From Eledone cirrhosa (lineage: Eukaryota), in contig OZ024742.1 of assembly GCA_964016885.1 (NCBI GenBank), positions 140,492,001 through 140,556,000 on the forward strand: a stretch of 64,000 nt of DNA, given 5' to 3'. The notes beneath the pieces were generated by a model. That model was not told the origin of the DNA. It saw only the letters and a list, made by a program, of their open reading frames with translations, and ran no database searches. Shown piece by piece: positions 54,549-64,000 of the stretch. Position 1 is the first letter of the stretch; every line of letters starts with the position of its first letter. A program made the position numbers and the translations under genes.

Positions 54549-56095
54549 AGTAGCCTGGGCAAAGAAGTCAACCACTTCAGAGCTATTCGACGTCTCCATG
54601 GGATTGTTCGACAGTGCTGACGTATGCGACTTGGTTGGCTTATTTATTTTAGATACATTATGTGTTAGATTCCCGGACTTCCACATGGGAATATACCACG
54701 CTGATGGTCTGACCTTATTGAGCTATAAATGTGGTCACGACCTGGACTAGTTTGAAAAAGATTTAATTTCTACTTTTAATGAGTTAGGACTTAGGATAAT
54801 GGTAGCTACCAACCTCTCTAGCGTAGATTTCTTAGACATTAATTTAGATCTTCGCACACATACCTTCAGACCCTTCCGTAAACCAAACAAAAAACTTAAT
54901 TACATACACAAGGACTCATGCCACCCTCCTACTGTTTTTAGAAACTTCATAAATAATATCAGTACTACAATCTCTAACCTCTCCTTTAATAAAGCAATCT
55001 TTGACAGAGTGTCCCCCTACTACAACACGGCGTTAGCTAACAGTGGCTTCTTGCAACCTATCACTTACTCTCCCACTAGCACCAACAGCAATAAGAAAAG
55101 AAATCGTAACAATAGACAAACTATCTGGTTTTCTCCTCCCTTCTCACTCAACGTTAAAACTAATGTAGGGAAAAAATGTTTAGCCCTCTTAGATAGACAC
55201 TTTCCCATAGGTCACAAATACCGCTCCATCTTTAACAGACACAGTAAAACTAGGGTACTCCTGCGCTAAGAATATGAAGGCCCACATCACCAACAGTCCT
55301 AAGAGCGGCATCCCACCAGGATGCTCTTGCTAAAAGTCTGAAGCTTGTCCCCTTCAACAGCAATGCAACACACCCGCTGTAGTTTATGAAGCTGTGGTCA
55401 CTTCCAACTTCCAACTGACCAAATAAACCACAGAAGGTCAAATCCTATGTGGGTATGGCAGAGGGCCGATTTAAGGAACGCTTCCTGAGTCATCAGTCAA
55501 CCTTTAGGTACCCGGACAAACGATCATCGACGAAGCTCGTGAGCCATGTATGGTCCCTCAAAGACTCGGGTATAGACTATTCCATTCAATGGAAAGCTAT
55601 CACTAAGTCCAAGCCATATGCAAGGGGTAATCCGTCTTGTGGACTGTGTTTTGAAGAAAGGATAAATATTCTAAGGAAATTACGCAATAGCGATTGCCTA
55701 AATTCAAGAAATGAAATCTTCTCGCGTTGTCCACATGTCTGGAAACAGCTCTTGCATAACTACAAAGCTCAGGATTGAATAACAACAACATTCTAATTTT
55801 TTAATCAACTCGAACATTTTATTCTGGACATTCACAGTTATCTCCCTTACAGCTTTCGCCCGTGGTTTTGTATCGCTTGGGTGAAGGGACCGTTTCTGTG
55901 CATACACGTTCATACGGTCGCTCTTCCTGTTCTATATAACCATTACCAGTGCGAGCTGAAGATCCCCATAAGGTGAAACAATTGTTCTTGGTATGGTGAA
56001 CTAACTGTTGTGTTACTACTTCTACCAAACTTGTCCCATGGACTGAGTGCTCTACCACTACGGATATTACCTTCAAGTGTTCTACCTCTCTCTTT
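54549..56095 (+). mobile_element. Penelope-like element, inverted second copy (right arm)
   Basis: Reverse-complement match to 52701-54168; GIY-YIG motifs VVYEA...SYVGMAEGRFKERF; ends in (TA)n. Confidence 0.92.
55952..55990 (+). ncRNA. Minimal hammerhead motif in Penelope 3' region (right arm)
   Basis: CGAG-CUGAAGA-UCCCCAUAAGGU-GAAAC-AAUU-GUU-CUUG, about 175 nt after the GIY-YIG stop; stem II is weak. Confidence 0.7.
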
Positions 56096-56109
56096 ATATA
56101 TATATCCAT

Positions 56110-56725
56110 AAACTGGATACACACAGCCTATATATATATATAGATGGAGGCACATGGCTTAGTGGTTAGAGCATTGGCCTTGTAATCGAAAGGTTGTGAG
56201 TTCAATTCTCAGACCGGGTGATGTTTCCTTGAACAAGACACTTTATTTCACATTGCTCCAGTTTACTCAGCTGTAGAAATGAGATGATAGGACTGGGGTC
56301 CATATCATTCCACTGCAAAGTGGTCGTGGAGGCACCACGGCAAAAAAGCACCCAGCACTCACTGTAAATGAGGTTGGTGTTAGGAAGGGCATCCAGCTGT
56401 AGAAATCAAGCCAGAATCAGATCCCGTCCCACCCTTGCAAGCAGGGAAAAGCGGACGTAAAAATGATGATGATGATGATGATATAAAACAAAGAAAGTGT
56501 GGTAAGGAACCAGGTGGACCATAACGCACCAGAGTACTCAATACTTAGGGTACTAATACTTGGCTCTTTTCGGATCTAGCTGTCGAAACGGCTGGGGCTC
56601 AGCCGTCGGGGTCCTGGCTCTTTTCCTACTACCCTAAGTATCGAGTACTCTGGTGCGTTATGGTCCACCTGGTTCCTTACCACACTTTCTTTGTTTTATA
56701 TATATAGGCTGTGTGTATCCAGTTT
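56110..56725. repeat. Inverted repeat (about 100-bp arms, left arm split by a SINE), probable PLE terminus
   Basis: 56481-56552 pairs with 56630-56701 (one mismatch); 56110-56140 pairs with 56696-56725; the spacer holds half a hammerhead. Confidence 0.85.
56146..56481 (+). mobile_element. tRNA-derived CORE-type SINE with RTE-derived tail (related copies near 2120, 15186, 24700-25015(-), 30040, 31835, 61460)
   Basis: A box TGGCTTAGTGG, B box GAGTTCAATTC, central ccttgaacaagacactttatttcacattgctccagtttactcagctg, (TGA)n tail. Confidence 0.85.
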
Positions 56726-56844
56726 AGAATGTGTTATAGGAAGTGACTAAAAGGTTGATGTCAGGATTGACATCTGGCTGTAAAATATTACCTAAAAAAT
56801 CCAACCCATGCCAGCATGGAAAAGTCAGCGTAGAAATAATGATG

Positions 56845-56880
<36 letters not shown>

Positions 56881-56883
<3 letters not shown>

Positions 56884-57646
56884 GAACTAAGGAAAAAATT
56901 AGAAATAAGAGGGATCAGATGTTGTTTACTCGAGAGAAGGCTACGTTGGTATGGTCACGTGATGCGCATGAAAGACGACAGCTGTATAACAAAGTGCAGG
57001 GCAATAAAGATAGACGGTAGCCACGGAGTAGGCAGACCCAGAAAAACATGGGACGAGCTGATAAATTCCGACCTCACACGCTTACACCTCTCCAAGACAA
57101 TGTCACTGGACCGAGACCTTTGGCGGTACTCAGTAATAGAGAAGACCCGCCTTACCTAAATACAAAGTAAAAACCTACTACAGTCAGTAGGCATCTCTAT
57201 CAACCCCCCCCCCCCCGTCCCATCACCTCCACCCCATCGACACCGCCCCTTTCAATGTAAAGTTATGTTGGTCCCACAACATCCAGGCCGAAACAAATGA
57301 GATCGTGTAGGTGTCACGACAAAAAAACACACAGTCCACGCTGTAAATGTGGCCGTGTAGGCAACACAGTAAAAACCTCCCAGCCCCACACTGTAAATGT
57401 GGTTGGTGTTAGGAAGGGCATCCAGCTGTAGAAAACCCGCCAGACAGTCCACGCTGTAATGTGGCCGTGTAGGCAACACGGTAAAAACCTCCCAGCCCCA
57501 CACTGTAAATGTGGTTGGTGTTAGGAAGGGCATCCAACTGTAGAAAACCCGCCAGACAGTCCTATGCGAGCAAGACAACCACTCTTGCCTCAAGTGGGAA
57601 AACCCCCGTCCAAACCCATGCAAGCGTGGAACACGGACGCTAAACC

Positions 57647-57675
<29 letters not shown>
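56881..57675 (+). mobile_element. RTE 3' fragment with tandemly duplicated 3' UTR block and (TGA)n tail
   Basis: RRLRWYGHVMRM...GRPRKTW; closely resembles 36795-37450 on the opposite strand. Confidence 0.88.
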
Positions 57676-57677
<2 letters not shown>

Positions 57678-57679
57678 AT

Positions 57680-58015
57680 ATCATCATCACCATTTTTATG
57701 TCTGTTTTTCCACACTTGCATGGGTTGGACAGGTCCTTTTCAGCACTGCATTTCTTGCTGCATTCCTTTGTCATCTCTTGTGTGTGCCTCAGTGATTTGA
57801 GGTCAGCTCTCACCACCTCTACCCAATTCTTCCTTGGTCTACCTTTATTGTGGCTTCCTTCCACTAAGATTTCCTGGCACTTCTTCATCCAGCAATCATC
57901 ATCCATGCACATTACATGTCCGTACCAATGCAGCCTTCTCTCTTGCACACCACTTCGGATTCCTCTTAAACTCACTTTCTCCTTCAGTGCATCCATGCTC
58001 TAACTTTCTCTCACA
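57680..58015 (-). mobile_element. RTE 3' fragment, tail-to-tail with the preceding copy
   Basis: RRLHWYGHVMCM...GRPRKNW. Confidence 0.85.
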
Positions 58016-59335
58016 TTTATAAATAAGGATGAGGACTCTGTGGTATCAATAGTGTAACTAAAATTGATAAAGTGGAACAAAGGACATCAATTGTTTCATT
58101 CAGCACAAAGAAGGTAACACAAGCAGAACAAAAAACACTGCCCTTTCATCAGCTGTCTGTAACAATTATACACAGTTACAACCTTTGAGTCAGTACTACT
58201 AGATCTGAGATGGGGTCACAGTGTAAAACAAGCTAGTTTCAATACTGTCTTGAAGTATTTTAAAGGACGATAAATGAGTCAAAAAACTATAACTTGAGCC
58301 AACTGAAGGGGAACATGACAATGACAAAATAAATACAAAATTGTACATTGTGAAAACATACAAAATATGAAGACAAGATTTTGGATTAAAGGAACAAGGA
58401 ATGAAAAGGAAAACATACCTTGAACAGGGACATGGCAGTAACATGTATGTGTACATGTGTTTGTATTCATGTATGTTTTCACACTGACACTTTTAACAAT
58501 CAGTGTTGTTTGTTATGCCCTGCAGATTGGAGGATTGACTGGTAAAGATTAGTATATTAAGTACCATACAGAAAAACAGAAAAGTGTTGGTGTCAGGAAG
58601 AGAGCTTCTGGCCCTAAAATTCTACCTCAAAAAGTTGTATTCAATCGATGCCAACATGGAAAAGCAGACATAAAAATGACAACAACAATAATGATAAGAT
58701 AGATTTTTATTTTTTATTTATTACTGGTCAAATATCCAATCCAATCCCTTCTCATTTCTGTTGGAGGAACCCCTCCTGGTTGACCTCCACCACTTTTGAT
58801 TTTGGTCATGTCTTCAGGGGTATAGCTATACTCACCATGCTTGGCCAATTGTGGGTTGGTAAGGCTATTTAACGTATAGTTGGTGTGGGTGGCTGTCGAC
58901 TCTGAAGTGTTCATCCAACCTTTAACAGCCTTTGTCTTCTGTGCAACTAGGGTTCCACTTACCCGCCTCACAAGAGTGTCTGTTGGGGGGAGCCAGTTTA
59001 GTTGCTGACCACACAACCATGAAGCAGGTTGTACTGGGTTACATGGTACCAGTAGCAGTTTGTAAATGTTCATGTCAGAGTAAAACTTGAGGGACTGATA
59101 TCAATTCTGACTGACTATAAATCATCATCATCATCATCACCGTTTTACGTCCGTTCTTCCACGCTAGCATGGGTTATATATACTTACTCTTTACCTCTAC
59201 CTTCGATATTAAGTACTCTTTCTTTGGTTTATTAATACTAACACACACACAAACGCGCACGCACACACACACATATATATATATATGTCTTGATTTGAAT
59301 GTTTTAAGCTGAGCTATTTCAGTAGCTGTGTGGGG

Positions 59336-59380
59336 ACACCAGACATGTGTTTCAGGATTTCTATCCATCATCAGTGATGT
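59336..59380 (-). ncRNA. Minimal hammerhead ribozyme motif
   Basis: ACAUCA-CUGAUGA-UGGAU AGAA AUCCU-GAAAC-ACAU-GUC-UGGUGU; 6-bp stem I. Confidence 0.75.
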
Positions 59381-59785
59381 TTATTTACTCGATACTGAGA
59401 TAAAAAAAATAAGCTATAGCTTATATACTTTTAGTATATAAAACATCCACTGGAGATTTACATATCTTGCGAGCTTGACTGGTTAGGATTAATTAGCAGT
59501 AGCACTAACACACACATATATATACACAACATCTATCTAATTATCTATCTGTCTGTCTAACTATCTATTTGTCTATCTATCTGTCTGTCAAACTATCTAT
59601 CTGTCTTCCTGCCTGCTTGACTGTCAATCTATAGTTATCTATGTATGTATATTTATACCATGAATCTATTTTTAGTCAAGAATAACAAAGCACAAATCCC
59701 AATAACAATCTGAAGATTGATACATAGATAGGTAGAACAAGCTCATTGTAATTTAGCACATTATCAAACATATGTTTGATAATGA

Positions 59786-60014
59786 TTGACCTTTTAGCAT
59801 TTAAACTAGCCTTATCTGACCAGAATTCTCTCACTTCTTTCTGTTCAAACTGGTCATGACCTTCCACTCATACCGATGTTACGGTATTGTTCTCAAAATA
59901 AATAACATCAAAATCTCAAAGCTTCGATATTAAGTAAGATAATTGTGTGAGGTAAAGCCTTTACCATGAAAATACAATAGTAAATATAGAGTAATGTAAA
60001 TGCTAAAGGGTAAA
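59786..60014. mobile_element. Second piggyBac-like MITE family
   Basis: CCTTTTAGCATTTA...TAAATGCTAAAGGG terminal inverted repeats. Confidence 0.55.
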
Positions 60015-61339
60015 GTAAATGTGGAAGAAAATTATTGTAATTGATTTGAATGAATGTAAAATGAAATATGACAATAGCTGGACTAGCAAGGAGAAAGTCA
60101 AGTAATTATTGAATTAGATATTTATTTTTGACATGTTATGCTTGTCTGTTGTGTTTGACAGATGCTATGCTAGTGTGTATGTGTGTGCATGCATGTGCAG
60201 TATTAACAAATAAGAAAATATACTTAATACTGGAGGTAGAATGTAAGGTGATTTATTTAGGAGATCCAAAATATATATCAGTACCCCAAAGCAGTATACC
60301 AGATAAGCTTTTAACATCCTTAGAAGAAAATATCTAAAAATGGGTTTGTTAATTCAAATGTTCATAGTATCTTTACTCATGGAGAGGTTGTGGTGAAAAT
60401 TTGCAGTAAACTAAAGTATTTCTACTTTTCAAGAATGTTTTGCTAATGCAGTTTCATCTGGTAGAGAATGTTAAGATTTAGTATATTATCATATCAAGAT
60501 ATGTTACTATAATAATCTAATATACTTCTTTTAGGTCATTGTTAACAGTCTCATTGTCTAGACAAAATAGGACACGTTATTTTTAAGATATTCATTTATT
60601 TTATATTGCAAATGGTGAACATTAGTGTTGTTGGTTACTGTTTCCCAGTTGACCTGATCATTGGTTCACTGAAATTCTGATGTCAAGTGGGACAAGGGCG
60701 TATTTGTAACTCAGTGTGGAAAAAATATTTCAAAGGAGTTTGGTTGTAAAGCACTGGTTTTTCAATTTTCTCAACACACATACGAAAATATACATATGCA
60801 CACATGTACAAATGAGAGGTATACACACATATGTATGAAAAATAGACACACACACATAGAAAGATTCCACATATGCACACACATATACGTGTGTGTGTGT
60901 ACAGATGAGAGAAAATAGGTTTCAATACATTATGTAAAGTTTATATTTGTAGGTGGATTGTTAGTGACTCACAGTGTTGTGTCATTGGCATGAGGACCAA
61001 TTAGGCATGTGCCTAATTAATCAGATATCTGCTATGAGGGAAGCCTTAGCCACATTCAGCTTGAAAGGTGTCTCTATTGATTGTTGGTAAGAGCTTGGTT
61101 CCCATTTGATGAGCTAGATCATGTAATAAAAACTATTGCAAACTGCTTGTACAAATCACAGCAAGAAAGGTACTACTAAGATGTAAGGGAAGCAACTCAA
61201 GTAGCATGAACTTTCGTTTGCAAGTTAACTTTTGGATTTTTCCTGACATTTTCCAGGTCAGTCAAAACTGTCTCCAGAAAAATGCTTATCTGAGAGGGCA
61301 CCTAGAAATCACCCTCAGATTTTGTGTTGAGGGATACTA

Positions 61340-61460
61340 AGGTCTGGTTCAGGATATGCAGTTTCTCTGGCAGACAGATCTAGCAATTACATAACCCATA
61401 TGAATATGAAGAGGCTTTATCAACAATATCCCAATTTATAGTGCGGCATTTGTCTTTGAA
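61340..61460 (-). mobile_element. Penelope GIY-YIG C-terminal remnant
   Basis: KDKCRTINWDIVDKASSYSYGLCNC*ICLPEKLHIL parallels SIQWKAITKSKPY.RG...CGLCFEERINIL of the element at 55449. Confidence 0.65.
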
Positions 61461-61704
61461 GGTATGTAGCTTAATAGTTAGGGTGCCGGGATCACAATCA
61501 TATGAAGTCATGGGTTTGATTTTCCCCAGACTGAGTAATATATGTTCTTGAAGAAGGCACTTCATCTCGCGTTACTCCAGTTCACTTGGCTGAAAATAAG
61601 TACCAGTGGCCCTGTGATGGACTGACATCCTGTCCAAACATGTATCTGAACTCTCACTTGCTTCACACCCATGAATCCGGGATAAGCTCATGCAAGAATG
61701 GAAA

Positions 61705-62680
61705 ATCATCATCACTATTTATCATCTATTTTTCCATGCTAACATAGGTTAGTCGAGTTGCCCCGTTGTGAGACAAGTCAAATTAGATGACCATGTCTTG
61801 CGTATACAGAACTGTTTTGGGCTTGGTTTCTATGGCTGGATGCCCTTCCTAACGCCAACCACATTTACAGTGTGGTTTGGGTGCTTTTCGCCATGTCATC
61901 AACACAACCACTTTACAGTGTGGGCTGGGTGCTTTTTGCTGTGTCACCAACATGACCAATTTGCAGTGTGGGTTGGGTACTTTTTGTCATAGCACCAAAA
62001 CGACCAATTTACAGTGTGGATGGGGTGTGGGTGCGTTTATGTAGCATGAGAATTGGAAAGGTAGGTCTAGAGTGTGGATGTAAGTATCTGGGTGTTAGGA
62101 CATGGGATGTCTATGAAAGGGAGGTGTGTGCATAAAAACTGACCTCTGCATAATGCCAGAGATCTTGATCATGTGTCATTGTCTTTGAGAGGTGCAATTT
62201 TGCAAGGTCAGCTTTTATCATCCCATCCTAATCCTTCCTAGGTCTTCCTACTCTATAGTTTCCATCAACTTTGAGTACCCTGCACCTTTTTATTCAGATG
62301 TCATCTTTCATATGCATCACATGTCCATACCATCACAATCTCTTCTCCTGCACACTGCATCTGATTCCTCTTATGCCCAGTTTCTCTCTCAGTTCATTTA
62401 TATTACTATTATACATCCATTGGAGTATGCAAGCTTCATTTCTTTCCAATCTCCACAGTTCTTCTGTTCACAGTGCCTAAGTCTTACTACCATGTAACAT
62501 TACTGTTCATATATATGCATTATACAATCTGCCCTTCATTTGAGGGAAAAACCTTTTTGTAGCTAGCAATGCTAGTAGCTCCCTGAACTTTCTCCATCCT
62601 GTTCTCACTTTGGCTACTGCACTTTTGGAACACCCACCTCCACTGCTAATTTGGTCACCCAGGTAACAGAAGCTGTCAAT
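61705..62680 (-). mobile_element. RTE 3' fragment
   Basis: DSFCYLGD...GWRKFRELL remnants, 3' UTR repeats and tail. Confidence 0.8.
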
Positions 62681-64000
62681 CTTTATTTATTAAAAATCTA
62701 TTCTTTTTTGAAATAAAGGAATGCATTTTAGGACATATATACAAACACAGACACAACATATATACATGAGATTGAATCCCCTGAGTGGACAAGTGGCTTG
62801 ATTTTTACAACTGCAGATTGATTGCAGGAGTAGGGACTGTGCAGATGTATATTTTGGGTTGTGGTGTGTAATGTTGGAGGGGATTGTATCTTTCCAAAGC
62901 CATGATATATATTAGTCATACTTAGTCAACCAGATGGTATCCAGAGATATTTTATGGGACTTACGAAGAATTACTTCAAGGGATGGTGTAACCAACTTCT
63001 GTATTCTTTTCAGTTTAGAGATAAAGTAATCCAACTTCCCAGTTCTATTTTATTTGGAGTACATAACAGTTAAAGTTGTCATTTTACATTTATTTTTTTT
63101 GTGTTTTGCACGAGTTGGATGGAATCTGCAGTTTATCTTATTTTCGTGAACATCAAGTGATTTGGAGTAGAAGACTTCTCCTGGGCAGGACTCCAGTCTT
63201 TCATAGGACTAATCTCCAGATACCACTGGTATTCATTTTCAACCAAGTGAACTGGAACAACATAAAATGAAGTACCTTATTCAAGGACACAATGATTTAC
63301 CTAATCTGGGAATCAAACCTATAAGCTTATGATCACAAATCCAAGACCTTAACCACTAGCCTCCACATGAAAAAATAAGTACCAGATTGAAAACAGAATG
63401 ACTGAAACCAAAACAGTAACAAAGAAAAAGAATAGTTCAAATGTTAAAAAAAATGAATGGGGATGGTAAATAGGAGAGAAAATGGTAACAACGTAGGATA
63501 AAGAGAACTCTTAAGTCATGTGCAAGGTATTATAACCTCTCTACTGCTGGTACCACAACAAAAGCAACTAGTACACTCTGTAAAGTGGTTGGTGTTAAGT
63601 AGGACATCCAGCCATAGAAATCCTGCCAAAAGGTTTGAGAGAACAAGGCAGCCTCTTAGTGCTGTGGCCACAATAAAATGCGGCCAGTACACTTTGTAAA
63701 GTGTTTGGCATTAGGAAGAGCATCCAACTGTGGAAACCATGCCAAAATGAACATACCTGAACAATATGCAGTCCCTCAATTTATCTAGAAGGACCGCAGC
63801 TCCAATTAAGCATTGACTTGGAGTGTAGCATTCTGTCCAATCCATGCCAGCATGGAAAAGCAGACACAAAATAGTGATGATGATGATGTCCTATATAGAT
63901 TTATTTATACTTGAGAGAGACAAAGATGGATGGAAGGAAAGAAAACAATTGGTAGACAAACAGACACAGAGAATCGTAGAATGTGTGCTTTGAATCCAAA

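Noticed and set aside
58690-59070. GC-richer stretch resembling a retroelement 5' UTR, possibly an HDV-like ribozyme
   Set aside because: I could not build the nested double pseudoknot by eye; it needs an RNAMotif or Infernal search.
58000-64000. Candidate acceptors for HYI exon 3 (near 59675, 60260, 60534, 60648, 60952, 63013)
   Set aside because: None gives an IHxMAG-like or other HYI-like frame in the required phase; the remaining exons are probably downstream of the window.

Overview
AT-rich, repeat-dense animal genomic DNA, most likely an octopus. This is inferred from the tRNA-derived SINE families and RTE LINEs with (TGA)n tails, not from a database search. Two spliced protein-coding genes lie on the + strand: the last three coding exons of Rab3 (6655-6773, 24516-24640, 26358-26548; the N-terminal exon lies upstream of the window) and the first two coding exons of hydroxypyruvate isomerase HYI (44242-44440, 51442-51553; later exons not found). 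Most of the remaining identifiable sequence is transposon-derived: a near-full-length RTE LINE with a PHD-type finger, many RTE, CR1 and CRE fragments, mariner fossils, piggyBac-like MITEs, SINEs, microsatellites and Penelope-like elements (PLEs). The most striking signal the ORF track misses is seven hammerhead-ribozyme motifs from apparently six sequence families, all in PLE-like remnants near (TA)n tracts inside the two genes' introns. One has an intact core whose stem II is expanded into a three-way junction. Two cap a 1.47-kb head-to-head Penelope inverted repeat. Repeat boundaries were read by eye and are approximate; exon and ribozyme coordinates were counted base by base.
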